Positions 37,954 to 50,275 of a DNA stretch of 64,000 bases are shown in pieces. Location of the stretch: contig PFAM01000004.1 of assembly GCA_002778705.1 (NCBI GenBank), positions 20,109-84,108 on the forward strand. Reading direction: 5' to 3'. Source of the stretch: Candidatus Falkowbacteria bacterium CG10_big_fil_rev_8_21_14_0_10_37_14. Its GTDB lineage: Bacteria; Patescibacteriota; Patescibacteriia; Patescibacteriales; Patescibacteriaceae. A model generated the notes under the pieces. The model was not told the DNA's origin. It saw only the letters and a list, made by a program, of their open reading frames with translations, and did no database searches. A program made the translations under genes and the position numbers. Positions within the stretch are counted from its first letter, which is position 1. Each line of letters begins with the position of its first letter.

Positions 37954-38982
37954 TCAAGCCTTTTTATCAAGCAATTTTTTAACCTCACGATCAAAGTCAG
38001 ATTCCAGTTGACGATCTTGAGCGATTCTATACTTTTCGTATTCTTTTTCTGCCAAAACCAAAGCTACTTCATGGCTGATTTTTCCATTATCTTGCAAGAT
38101 ATCTCTTTCATTAAACTGCAAAAAGGCATCCAACTTTTTTATCCAATCCTCCATATTCATTATAATACCTTTTTGCGCTTGCGTTTCAGCATATTCAAGA
38201 TACATCATTACAACACGATTTAATCCGTCCAGTTCCTTTTCATCAAGATAATTCTTAGCAATACCAACATCCGTTTTACGAACAGCACCTTGAGGCGCGT
38301 TTTTCCAGCTAGTTAAACCGAGATTGCTTTTTTGGCTATCAATTCTATGATAAATAATTTCTGACGCCGTTTGACCACTAATAGCGAAGTGCAATTTGTT
38401 TTGCACTGTAGCGAAAAAAGTTTTGGTTATTTCTGCATTCGGATTATAATCGGCACTACACTGGGCATAGATATCAGTAATTTTTTGATAAAATCTGCGT
38501 TCGCTGGAACGAATATTTCTAATACGCGCCAACTGCTCTTCAAAATAATCTTGGCCAAAAATATTACTTGGATTTTTCAAGCGCTCATCATCCATAGCAA
38601 AACCTTTAATAATATACTCCTTTAGAATTTGCGTGGCCCAAATTCGAAAACGAGTTGCTTGTGCAGAGTTTACACGATAGCCAACGGAAATAATGGCATC
38701 GAGATTATAAAAATTAACATCTCTCTTAACTTGTCTTTCTCCCTCAATTTGAACTTGTGCAATTTTTGCACTTGTTGCTTTTTTGATTAATTCACTTTCA
38801 GAATAAATGTTTTGCAAATGCTTTGTAACAACACTTCTGTCAACGCCAAACAACTCTCCAATCTTAGCCTGTGTTAGCCAAATAGTTTCATTGTGCAAGA
38901 AAATCTCCACTTTCACTTTGCCGTTTGGCGTGGTGTATAGTAGAAATTCTGTAAAGGCATTATGTTTAATAACTTTTTTCAT
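37954..38982 (-). CDS. RhuM family protein
   Basis: ETIWLTQ, YNLDAIISVGYRVNS.QATRFRIWA, IRSSERRFYQKITDIYA, VQNKLHFA. Confidence 0.92.
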   Translation of the reverse strand: MKKVIKHNAFTEFLLYTTPNGKVKVEIFLHNETIWLTQAKIGELFGVDRSVVTKHLQNIYSESELIKKATSAKIAQVQIEGERQVKRDVNFYNLDAIISVGYRVNSAQATRFRIWATQILKEYIIKGFAMDDERLKNPSNIFGQDYFEEQLARIRNIRSSERRFYQKITDIYAQCSADYNPNAEITKTFFATVQNKLHFAISGQTASEIIYHRIDSQKSNLGLTSWKNAPQGAVRKTDVGIAKNYLDEKELDGLNRVVMMYLEYAETQAQKGIIMNMEDWIKKLDAFLQFNERDILQDNGKISHEVALVLAEKEYEKYRIAQDRQLESDFDREVKKLLDKKA

Positions 38983-39105
38983 ATTTTTGAGCTAAAAAAT
39001 AATTAAACTCATTATAACATACTAGAACAGAAAACGAAAGAGGTGCAAAATAGGTAACAAAAATCCGCCTATTTAGCGGATTATCTATAACATTTTATCA
39101 TTCTA

Positions 39106-39387
39106 TTAAGCCTCCACAAAGGCGACTTTTAACTCACAATTAAAAGCCTCGGCAATTTTATGCAAAGTTCCGGTGGTTAGATTCTGCTGGCCGGCCTCCA
39201 TACGAGCCACATTACTCTGGGTAGTTCCGATTTTTTCAGCTAAATCAGCTTGCGACATCTTTTTTTTCTTCCGTAATTGCAAAATCTGATAAGCAATTTC
39301 CAATTGCTTACCGAATTCGTCATAAGCCTTTTTGAATTCAGGATCTTTTAGACTTTCGTCTAAATAGACTTGAAAATCATTATTCAT
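39106..39387 (-). CDS. XRE/HTH antitoxin (HigA-like)
   Basis: LKDPEFKKAY...RKKKKMSQADLAEKIGTTQSNVARMEAG. Confidence 0.9.
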   Translation of the reverse strand: MNNDFQVYLDESLKDPEFKKAYDEFGKQLEIAYQILQLRKKKKMSQADLAEKIGTTQSNVARMEAGQQNLTTGTLHKIAEAFNCELKVAFVEA

Positions 39388-39740
39388 ATAATTGCGGATT
39401 ATTTATTACATCTTCCATATTTTCTTCAGCTCTTTCAATTTCTCTAATCGGTGTCTTATCGGTTTTCTTTAAAAAAGCATGTAAGAAAACTATAGTTTTT
39501 TTAATAAAAGTAAAATAAAATATTCTATGTCTATTGGTGCTAAAATCTACCCTAAGCTCTCTTATTTTTCCCTTGATGTGTTTTGAATAAGGCTCATCTA
39601 AGTACCCCCTCGCTAAGCCTTAAAAACTCTACATATTTAGCTATTTTAGCCCGATCTTTTGCGTCAAGTTTTTCGAGATATTTAAGAATAGGAACGAACC
39701 CATCGTTCTTTTTATAAAACCTGGCTCGATAGTCGTCCTT
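39380..39740 (-). pseudogene. RelE/HigB (Gp49-like) toxin, frameshifted and lacking a start codon
   Basis: ...KDRAKIAKYVEFLRLSEG, +1 shift in the G5 run (39605-39609), then YLDEPYSKHIKGKIRELRVDF...RIFYF...LHAFLKKTDKTPIREIERA. Confidence 0.85.
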
Positions 39741-39769
39741 ATTATATATCATAAATGATATATTGTCAA
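39741..39769 (-). promoter_or_regulatory. TA promoter TTGACA-N17-TATAAT with operator ATATATCAT-AA-ATGATATAT
   Basis: Consensus promoter; perfect 9-bp inverted repeat at 39744-39763. Confidence 0.8.
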
Positions 39770-39776
39770 GAGCTGT

Positions 39777-40160
39777 TTATTTCCCTGTTACTTCTCTAAT
39801 CTTCTTAATCAACTCATGAACATCAAAAGGTTTTTCTACCAACCCCTTCACTACTGGCAAGGCCTGAAAATTATTATTAGCTTTTTGAAAATCCTTATCA
39901 TTAATCGGCATCGCGGAGACAATAATTACCGGCACGGTTTTTAAATCGTCATCGGCCGACATAAACTTACAAATATCAAAACCAGATACTTCAGGCATAG
40001 TTAAATCAACTAAAGCCACGTCGTATTTATCCGATTTTAATTTACGCAAACCCTCTTTGCCAGATAAAGCAAAATCGGCAGTAAAATCTTTCTCCAGACT
40101 CAAGACGCTTTTAATCAACCCATTGATGTTGATGTCGTTGTCGATGACTAATACTTTCAT
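39777..40160 (-). CDS. Single-domain response regulator
   Basis: VLVIDND, DVALVDLTMPEVSG, VSA, EKPF. Confidence 0.9.
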   Translation of the reverse strand: MKVLVIDNDININGLIKSVLSLEKDFTADFALSGKEGLRKLKSDKYDVALVDLTMPEVSGFDICKFMSADDDLKTVPVIIVSAMPINDKDFQKANNNFQALPVVKGLVEKPFDVHELIKKIREVTGK

Positions 40161-40202
40161 ATAGTTATGCTCCCCGACTTATGCCGAGGATGTTTATTAT
40201 AA

Positions 40203-40490
40203 TTACATTATTTTTCCAGCACGAACTAAACCGTTATCGTCAACATCGGCTGACGACAAAGCCGTTTGCCGTTCGTCATCATCCCAAGGCACGGCCACAT
40301 CGGCTCGCCAACGGTTCACCTGCCCTGTTACTTGTGCTGTCGGCTCTACGCCTGTAACATCCACCTTATTCAATTCATCAATATAATCTAAAACTTTACC
40401 AAGCTCTTTGGCATATTTTGTCGCTTCTTCATCAGTGATTTTTAGCTTGGCCAATTCCGCTACCTGGGAAACCTTTTTGGAATTCAACAT
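40203..40490 (-). CDS. gatC: Asp/Glu-tRNA amidotransferase subunit C
   Basis: VAELAKLKI...KVLDYIDELNKVDVTGVEPT...WRAD; downstream of ligA. Confidence 0.9.
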   Translation of the reverse strand: MLNSKKVSQVAELAKLKITDEEATKYAKELGKVLDYIDELNKVDVTGVEPTAQVTGQVNRWRADVAVPWDDDERQTALSSADVDDNGLVRAGKIM

Positions 40491-40516
40491 ACAAAAAGTA
40501 ATTTCAAATTTTTTAT

Positions 40517-42987
<2,471 letters not shown>

Positions 42988-43089
42988 CTATCTATATTGT
43001 GTAATAAAGGTATTTTAGAATATCTTTGACAAAAAGTCCAATAAAAAACTGCCCAAAAATGGACAGTCGATTAGTAATAAAAAGCTTTA

Positions 43090-43632
43090 CTAGAAGCAAT
43101 ATCGGCCACAACCATCGGCAATATCACCAGTGCCACAATATGGCACACAAAAGAAGACTTCCAACTCCCGATTAGTGCCCTGGAAAGAGCCACGAGAATT
43201 AAGAGTTACTTGATTAGTCATAACTCCTGATGTCGGGAAAAAAAACTTAACACTATATTTAGGTAAATTATCATTGCCAAATAACTTGACAATACTCGCT
43301 GCTTCATTGCCAGCTGCTGGATTTGCATCCTTACACTCTGGTGGTAAATTTGGTATTAAAAAATATTTGGTATCAGGGATTCTACACGTAAATAAATCTT
43401 TATCACTATTACCATGGCCATAAAGCTTAAACTGTAAAGCCGACCACTCTACGCCAGCCTCTGCGGCATAAAAAGCTTTAAGCGAAGCTCCTTCAGCACG
43501 CTGTCTTTGTAAGCCGGAGGTAATAATATCAGTAGCAATCATGGCCATCGCCATCATGCCAAAGAGCAAAAATAGCGTGGTTAGAAGGGCTGAACCGTGG
43601 CGGATGGATAATCTCATATTAAAATTGTTCAA
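43090..43632 (-). CDS. PilX-like minor pilin
   Basis: HGSALLTTL...AFYAAEAGVE. Confidence 0.8.
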   Translation of the reverse strand: MNNFNMRLSIRHGSALLTTLFLLFGMMAMAMIATDIITSGLQRQRAEGASLKAFYAAEAGVEWSALQFKLYGHGNSDKDLFTCRIPDTKYFLIPNLPPECKDANPAAGNEAASIVKLFGNDNLPKYSVKFFFPTSGVMTNQVTLNSRGSFQGTNRELEVFFCVPYCGTGDIADGCGRYCF

Positions 43633-44299
43633 TATTACGCGCGGTCACAAAATTATAATAATCCACTATTGGCGTGTCCCAAAGCTGACTATTTAATTTC
43701 AAATAAAAAGCTACAGACGGCGGTTTACGAGTTCGATCGCCGAGAGCTGTATAATTTATAAAATCGGTCACTTCAAAATTTAATAGCTCTACACCTAAAT
43801 TGATCGGGGTTACCCACGCCTGTCTTAAAGGACGATTAGAATTAGAAGAGTCACAAAGCGAAAGATTATTAGTTATAGGTAAACATCTTTCAACTTTTAA
43901 TCTACTGAGATTATTATTTTGACTATCTGTTTCTAAAAAATAACGAACGCATTCGCCAGAAGAATTAATAAAAACTAAATCGGTATTAGATCCGTTTGTG
44001 TATTGGCAATAATAATTATTATTAAAATTTTGACCAACGCACTTACTGGCTTGATTATCTACAAAACTACCGCAACCGCTATCATCGTAATTTGGCTTAG
44101 CGGTTCTAATTTCTCTAGACATGGATTCAAATAAAAACTCGGCGTGGTCTTGCACGGCCTGTTTATAAACCAATTCACGACTAACCCGTAAAATGCTCAT
44201 AAAAGACTCGATGGCAATTAACATCACTACCGAAAAAACAGCCAACGCAATAGTTAGCTCGATTAAGGTTATGGCTTTAAATTTAATACTTTTGCGCAT
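43619..44299 (-). CDS. PilW/GspJ-like minor pilin
   Basis: AITLIELTIALAVF...MSREIR. Confidence 0.82.
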   Translation of the reverse strand: MRKSIKFKAITLIELTIALAVFSVVMLIAIESFMSILRVSRELVYKQAVQDHAEFLFESMSREIRTAKPNYDDSGCGSFVDNQASKCVGQNFNNNYYCQYTNGSNTDLVFINSSGECVRYFLETDSQNNNLSRLKVERCLPITNNLSLCDSSNSNRPLRQAWVTPINLGVELLNFEVTDFINYTALGDRTRKPPSVAFYLKLNSQLWDTPIVDYYNFVTARNIEQF

Positions 44300-44972
44300 A
44301 ATCGGTTAAAAGAGTGTTTAAAATAAAATATTTATCACTACCTCGCTCATTCCAATAAACAATGGAACGGACTTCTAGCGAATCATCTTCGGCGTTGTTA
44401 GCTGTACTGTTATCTCGATAAGTGGTTTCTATGACGCGATGAAACTTAGTTGGAGTGCAACCCGCCTGCGGTAAAACCAGATTTATGCTATCGGTTGTGC
44501 CGGCTTGGCTATAGTAAAAATTGTTATTTTCGATTTCACACAAATACACCAAGGTTTTTTTATCTTTTACATAATCATTAGTATTTTCAGAGGGCGTAAA
44601 TCCGAAAGTGTCTGAATTTTTATACCAAACAACTATGTTTTGTCTATTGGAGTAGATATCACCAATTTTAATATTTTTATCTAATAAAAACATAGCACTG
44701 GTACCGTCGGTGTGGTCAGAGTCATTGGACAAACTATACGCAAAATCCTTGTTAGCTTGCCAGTTTTCATTACGAAGATAGCGCACCAACTCGATGCCCT
44801 CTTGTGCTACCACTCTAGACAAAAAGCTGTCACGGCTAGCTAAACGGACAACGATAGTCTGCTTAACTAGGGCCATAATACCCATAAAAGCCGTAGTTAC
44901 TATAAAAGTGACTATCAGTATTTCTATCAATGAAAAGGCTTTTAATTTAATCATATTAGCGTTCAACATCAA
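44283..44972 (-). CDS. PilV-like minor pilin
   Basis: AFSLIEILIV...AQEGIELVR.LRNEN, V.SIVYWNERG. Confidence 0.82.
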   Translation of the reverse strand: MMLNANMIKLKAFSLIEILIVTFIVTTAFMGIMALVKQTIVVRLASRDSFLSRVVAQEGIELVRYLRNENWQANKDFAYSLSNDSDHTDGTSAMFLLDKNIKIGDIYSNRQNIVVWYKNSDTFGFTPSENTNDYVKDKKTLVYLCEIENNNFYYSQAGTTDSINLVLPQAGCTPTKFHRVIETTYRDNSTANNAEDDSLEVRSIVYWNERGSDKYFILNTLLTDYAQKY

Positions 44973-45531
44973 TCAAACCGAAAAAGTTAAGGGAGACTAC
45001 TTTTTCAGATTGATTAAAACTATCTTTTAGAGTGATGTGTAAGGTGTCGCAAAAATTGTTAGCTACTGGGACCTCTGTCGTAGTGTTATTATTCCTAGTT
45101 ATTTTTACTAAAGGGTTTGGTGGAGTAAAGCTGATGGCAGCTGAATCTATTTCAACAGGCTCATCTGTACCGATTGTGCAAACAATCTTAGAAATGGTAA
45201 TTTGTTTTGGGAATTGAATAGTTTTATACAATTCGTCTGTTTCATATGTTTCATTAGTGTTTGTATCTACCCATAATTTATATTCGGAGCTATTATTTTT
45301 ATCTATATACAAACCCCAAATATTATTGCCAGCAACATCTTTCCAGGCCTTAGACGAGGCGGCATAGGCTTGCATTAAACGACCGCTACCAGCTAAACTT
45401 TGGGCGGTGTAAATAATTTCTATTCGCTTCGCAGAGTTACGATAGGCCACGGAAGACAAAGTTAAAACCGTTACTATCATACTGACAGTAACCATTAACT
45501 CTAAAAATGTAAAAGCTTTATTATGACGCAT
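44956..45531 (-). CDS. FimU/GspH-like minor pilin
   Basis: AFTFLELMVTVSM, WGLY, ISFTPP, C-terminal GLI. Confidence 0.8.
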   Translation of the reverse strand: MRHNKAFTFLELMVTVSMIVTVLTLSSVAYRNSAKRIEIIYTAQSLAGSGRLMQAYAASSKAWKDVAGNNIWGLYIDKNNSSEYKLWVDTNTNETYETDELYKTIQFPKQITISKIVCTIGTDEPVEIDSAAISFTPPNPLVKITRNNNTTTEVPVANNFCDTLHITLKDSFNQSEKVVSLNFFGLIDVER

Positions 45532-45533
45532 AT

Positions 45534-47081
45534 TTATTCTACACGGACTTCTTGATAACCACTGGCATCGGCACAGGCTTTGACAGGAGTGCTTTCAGCC
45601 CAACTACTGACCGTAAAATAACAGGTACCATTTCCATTATCACACAGCTGATTAAGAGTGCAGCCCGTTACTCCATTAGACGAGCACATAGTTGTCGAAC
45701 TATATACGCGGACACGATATTTAAAATAAATAAATCTATCGTTGTTAGCTAGAGTATCAGTAAAATATTCAACAGCAGTCTGGCCTCTACCTTGCCAACC
45801 CTCTAGACACACGCCGTTAACATCCGCTTTACAACGCTGAACATCAAAACCACCGGTATTAACCGGAAAATTACTCGGATCCGCATTAAAGTACGTCCAA
45901 GTTAAATAGACCTTGGCTTCGCTTGGGGCATCTTTATCGGAACAAACGGTTCTTAAATTTAAGCTAGTTATTTCCAAGACACTGGTTTGACGAGAAAAAA
46001 CATCGCTAGAAACACAGGCCAAAATATTACAGCTATTAACCGCATAATGATAGGTATAACCGACATCCAATCCGTTGCCATTATTACTGTCGGTAAAAGT
46101 GTAGCTCTGAAAACCTGTTTTACTACTAATCAATCCAAAATCATTTGTAGCATTGCCAGAAACCTCATTACAAGAGCCGATACAATTACTCCAATCTCCT
46201 GAAGAACAAGAAATACTACTACCTTGGCATGTCCATACAGCAGGATCGCCTCCGTCTGACACACAAGCTGTTACACAATCTTTTTTGAGTGTACAAGCGT
46301 TACCGTTGTTAGATCCACCAACACACTTTCTATTTTTTCTGTAAACTTGATAATAATTAGCTCCAAAAGCCGGAGACCAAGAAATTTTTATCTTATGACT
46401 CTCATCATCTTTAACTAATTCAGTACTGGGAATAGTTAGATCAGGACGACCATTAACCACATAACCCACTCCCTTAAAGCTTAGCCAACCCAAACCACAG
46501 CCTTTTTCGGTGTTATCAGAGAACTTACAACCACTCCAAGCGTAGCCACTTAATTTACCCCTTTGTGGATCAGAATAGACGCCCCAATCTTCAGGAAGTC
46601 CTTCTCCAGAATCAATAGCATAAACATAATAACTGGGATCATTATTCAAACTAATCCAACCTTCGCTACCCATAGATAAAACATAAGCACAGCCACTTAA
46701 TTCTCTGGTCGCTTTATTAAACTTTGCCCAAGTACTACCAACTCCGCAATTTGGATTAAGACTACCGGTATAGTTAAAGAAAGCAATCCAGCCGACATTA
46801 TCCGACCAAGCCCAAGAATCTGTAGCAAAATCACAAGTATCATTAAAGCAATTGCTTACCGCCACACCATAACCTTTACCAGTATTCCACATCCTTATCC
46901 AACCAATAGTATCAGTCCAGACATACCCTCGCAGAGGAGCGGAGGTCGTGCTGTCAGGTAGGGCGGCATTAACCGAATGAAGATTATTCCCCCACAGCCT
47001 CCAAACAGTCAATGACAAAAGGCCTAATACAGATATTAGGCACAGGGAAAAAATAAGTTTATGATGTTTTTGCGGTAGCAT
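45534..47081 (-). CDS. Cys-rich surface protein with G(Y/W)AW..GWI repeats and FN3-like domains
   Basis: GYVWTDTIGWI, WAWSDNVGWI, GYAWS..LGWL, ISWSP..GANYYQVYR, YHYAV. Confidence 0.75.
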   Translation of the reverse strand: MLPQKHHKLIFSLCLISVLGLLSLTVWRLWGNNLHSVNAALPDSTTSAPLRGYVWTDTIGWIRMWNTGKGYGVAVSNCFNDTCDFATDSWAWSDNVGWIAFFNYTGSLNPNCGVGSTWAKFNKATRELSGCAYVLSMGSEGWISLNNDPSYYVYAIDSGEGLPEDWGVYSDPQRGKLSGYAWSGCKFSDNTEKGCGLGWLSFKGVGYVVNGRPDLTIPSTELVKDDESHKIKISWSPAFGANYYQVYRKNRKCVGGSNNGNACTLKKDCVTACVSDGGDPAVWTCQGSSISCSSGDWSNCIGSCNEVSGNATNDFGLISSKTGFQSYTFTDSNNGNGLDVGYTYHYAVNSCNILACVSSDVFSRQTSVLEITSLNLRTVCSDKDAPSEAKVYLTWTYFNADPSNFPVNTGGFDVQRCKADVNGVCLEGWQGRGQTAVEYFTDTLANNDRFIYFKYRVRVYSSTTMCSSNGVTGCTLNQLCDNGNGTCYFTVSSWAESTPVKACADASGYQEVRVE

Positions 47082-47094
47082 ATGGTGGATTAGT

Positions 47095-47275
47095 TTAGAT
47101 TCCCTTCCCTCACCAATGAGTACATTGGCTCGCCGGGAATGACAGAATAAGCTAGGAATAACAGCATAAGCCGGTGGTCTCGGAAATGACAGCTTTTTAT
47201 GTCACCCCCGGCATTTTGTACTCAAAATGGGAAGGGGGTTTCGGAAATGACACCATAAGCTAGAAGTGACACGAT
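47095..47275. repeat. REP-like cluster of GGAA(A)TGACA units
   Basis: agattccc...gggaatgacagaataagct / aggaataacagcataagcc / cggaaatgacagc / cggaaatgacaccataagct / agaagtgacac. Confidence 0.65.
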
Positions 47276-47282
47276 GTAAAAA

Positions 47283-47537
47283 TTACTGTCCAGCCTCGGT
47301 AGCTGGAGTTTCGGTGGCTCTTGGTTGATTTTGTGAGGCAGCTTGAATTTGTTGGTTTAAAAAGGATTGGATATTGGCTAAATTATTGGCATTATTTTGA
47401 ATAGCTGCTTGTAAATTTGATAATTTTTCCGCCTGATAAAAATTAACAGTAATTAAAGTAATTATTAAAGCGGTGGCTAGTAATAAAATCAGACCGACGG
47501 AAATAACTTGAGTTTTATTGTCTTTATTGATGGGCAT
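47283..47537 (-). CDS. Small TM plus coiled-coil protein
   Basis: One TM segment followed by a Q/N-rich helix. Confidence 0.6.
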   Translation of the reverse strand: MPINKDNKTQVISVGLILLLATALIITLITVNFYQAEKLSNLQAAIQNNANNLANIQSFLNQQIQAASQNQPRATETPATEAGQ

Positions 47538-47551
47538 AAATATAATTTAAC

Positions 47552-47740
47552 TTATTTAGTTTTGGGGGCGGTAACTTCTTTCAGCCAATCGCTGATTTGT
47601 GTGATGTCGGCAGTTTGCTTGTCGTTTATTGCTTCAGTTATTTTAATACTGTTAGACAACTGCCAATTAATTAAACTGAACCAACCTAAGAAAACACCAC
47701 AAATAACTAGCGCAGCCGAGATATAATATTGTTTAGACAT
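47552..47740 (-). CDS. Small TM plus helical protein
   Basis: Similar layout to the neighbour; operon packing. Confidence 0.55.
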   Translation of the reverse strand: MSKQYYISAALVICGVFLGWFSLINWQLSNSIKITEAINDKQTADITQISDWLKEVTAPKTK

Positions 47741-47749
47741 AATTTTAAA

Positions 47750-49774
47750 TTAATTACAATAACCCATAGCAGTACAGCAAGCAGCTAAAGAATCGGTCTT
47801 ACATGCTGCCTCGGGTAAAACTCTTTCACAAACTAAAATTCCACCAAAAAAATGAATAGACTTCCAACCGGTAGCAGTTTGAACGCAGCTAGACGACGGT
47901 ATAGCTAGCGCTTTATAATTACTAATTTTTATGCCAGCCTTAATTTCCAGGCGACCATTAACTCTTAAATAAGGGTCACTAGAATCTGAAAATTGTCCGT
48001 AAAGTAAAGCGTTATTAGCGGAAGGACTGCTTGTCGTCCTAGCTTTATTGTCAACAATAAATAAACTGGTGCTACTACTAATATCATAACCAGAATAATA
48101 GCCTAAAAAAACATTAGAAGAGCCTATATTAGCATCGCCAGAATTAGTTCCTAAATAAGTATTATTAGATCCATCCTTCGAAGCCTTACCACTGTCATTA
48201 CCAACAAAAACGTTACCTGTACCTATATTACTGTAGCCGGCTTGAACACCTATAAATACGGAACCAGAAGTAGTAGACATTGCTCCCGCTAAAGATCCTA
48301 TGGCAGTATTAAAATTTTGGTTAAAGGTACCAGAGTTATCACCAGATAAAGCTTTGTAACCAATGGCCGTATTACCAGACGATACAGTGTGATATCTTAG
48401 AGATTCATTACCAATAGCAACCGTGTTAGCACTATTAGTAGCAGTTTGTAAAGAATAATTACCAATAATTACAGTATTGGCACTAGCCGATCCACTGGTG
48501 TTTAATACTGTGCCAGCTGAAAAACCAATAGCAATGGCTCCCTTAATGCGAGTTGAACTAGACAGAGCCCATGAACCAATAGCAATGGATTCGCTGCCTC
48601 CACCTAATTCTGATAAAGCATTAAAGCCTAGAGCAACTACATTACCAGCAAAACTCGAACTTGTATAAGGAGTCCCCTTTCCAATAAATAAATTAGTACC
48701 AAATTTATTACTCATAAAAGGGACGCCACCAAAATAAATTACGCCTGTAGTTTTAAATAGAGGGTTACTCTCATCAAGAGTGTTGTCAACAACATCCAAT
48801 GAGCCATAAAGTTTTAACTGGCTATTAATATCATCCCAAAAGAAATTAGCATTATTTTCAGCTAACAAACCATTTAAACCAATAAAGAGTACAGAACCAG
48901 TAGCCATACCAGGTTTGATGTTAAATGAGTTTGAACACTTTAGTGTATGATTATTGCCAGGGTCAAATCCCACAGATACTTCCCCTAGAGGACAAAGCTC
49001 AGGCTTGTGAGTAACCTGATTCCAGGGAATACTGCCGTTTACTATATGTCCAAGAGCATCAACTGTAAAATTTGGACTATCGTTTTGATCGACGATTCTT
49101 AAAGGAGGATAAGCTGAACCGGTCGTAGAACTTGAATGTATTAACAAACCTCCCTTCCCAGCATCATCTCTAATGGTTAATCCGTTCTTAGTAGAGTTTT
49201 TGTTAGTAATAAACAATTTAGATGATATTGTGCTATTAAAATAGCCCAGCTTTAAATAGCTTTCATTGCCATTGTTAAGCCACTGGAGGTATGTGGAATT
49301 ACCAGAAATAGATCCAGGATTAACTCCTTGCTGAAATAAAAGAGCACCATTTCCAGCATTAACTCCAGCTGAAGGACTGCCAAAAATTAAATCAAGATCA
49401 TTACCGCTACTAGTGTTAGAGACAATTAAGGCCTGACCAATAGACCCTTTTAGTTTTGGTAATTTGATATTATAAGAGTCGCCAACACCTAACGACTTAT
49501 CTATTGAAACATTTCTGCCCTCAGGATCGTTAATAGAATTGGTAAAAATTAAAGCGTTGTTTCTGATATAGAGTGGGCTAGTGTCCAAACCTAGGGGTCC
49601 GCCTTTGGTTTGGAGAAGACTACCGACATTAATTGGAGTGTCTCTATTTCCAGATTCACCAGGAGGAAGCATAGAGCTATCAGGCTCTGTCCAAGTGGCA
49701 GCATAAGTAACAGACACTGAGGCCAAAATGGCAATCAATAAAAGAGAAAGATATTTTAAAATATGTTTAGTCAT
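47750..49774 (-). CDS. Secreted fibre/adhesin-like protein with YadA-head-like (xAIG/xFIG) repeats
   Basis: Signal peptide; repeats VALG, IAIG, TAIG, VFIG, TYLG, VFLG; Cys-rich C-terminus. Confidence 0.72.
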   Translation of the reverse strand: MTKHILKYLSLLLIAILASVSVTYAATWTEPDSSMLPPGESGNRDTPINVGSLLQTKGGPLGLDTSPLYIRNNALIFTNSINDPEGRNVSIDKSLGVGDSYNIKLPKLKGSIGQALIVSNTSSGNDLDLIFGSPSAGVNAGNGALLFQQGVNPGSISGNSTYLQWLNNGNESYLKLGYFNSTISSKLFITNKNSTKNGLTIRDDAGKGGLLIHSSSTTGSAYPPLRIVDQNDSPNFTVDALGHIVNGSIPWNQVTHKPELCPLGEVSVGFDPGNNHTLKCSNSFNIKPGMATGSVLFIGLNGLLAENNANFFWDDINSQLKLYGSLDVVDNTLDESNPLFKTTGVIYFGGVPFMSNKFGTNLFIGKGTPYTSSSFAGNVVALGFNALSELGGGSESIAIGSWALSSSTRIKGAIAIGFSAGTVLNTSGSASANTVIIGNYSLQTATNSANTVAIGNESLRYHTVSSGNTAIGYKALSGDNSGTFNQNFNTAIGSLAGAMSTTSGSVFIGVQAGYSNIGTGNVFVGNDSGKASKDGSNNTYLGTNSGDANIGSSNVFLGYYSGYDISSSTSLFIVDNKARTTSSPSANNALLYGQFSDSSDPYLRVNGRLEIKAGIKISNYKALAIPSSSCVQTATGWKSIHFFGGILVCERVLPEAACKTDSLAACCTAMGYCN

Positions 49775-49775
49775 A

Positions 49776-50201
49776 TTATTTAACTGATTTTAACAAAACA
49801 GCTTCATCAGTATTAATCTTTTGCTCTGTTAATAGTTTATCTATCGTAAAAGACTTCTTATCAGACAAAAATTTCTTTTCTTCATCGGTATATTTACGAT
49901 TTGCCGCCTCTGTTCTTATTTTAGCCATAATTGCCTCGGTTTCAGCGCTTACTAAAACTTCTAATTCCGCCAAACTTCTGACAGTTGACTGGTTAGTTAC
50001 TGGCGTATTGGGACTAGCCATATCAGAACCTGAAATAATCGGTTGATTATCAAGAGGAGGATTGGTATTTGTTTGACTAGTTGGTGAGCTGGTTGGCAAT
50101 TGAACAATTTCTGCAGTATCAGCTGAATACAACAAAACAAAAACGCCAACAATCAGCACTAAAGAAACCACGATAACCACTAACCATTTTTGTGTATTCA
50201 T
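49776..50201 (-). CDS. Membrane-anchored hypothetical protein with an S/T/P-rich linker
   Basis: N-terminal TM segment, low-complexity linker. Confidence 0.65.
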   Translation of the reverse strand: MNTQKWLVVIVVSLVLIVGVFVLLYSADTAEIVQLPTSSPTSQTNTNPPLDNQPIISGSDMASPNTPVTNQSTVRSLAELEVLVSAETEAIMAKIRTEAANRKYTDEEKKFLSDKKSFTIDKLLTEQKINTDEAVLLKSVK

Positions 50202-50275
50202 ATTACATCTTAAATATCTGTCTTTATAAACTTTTAACTTATTCTATTATATCATAATCTTTATAAGTAGCCAAG

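Noticed and set aside
47095..47275. Possible CRISPR array
   Set aside because: Units are short, degenerate and irregularly spaced, with no unique spacers or cas genes.
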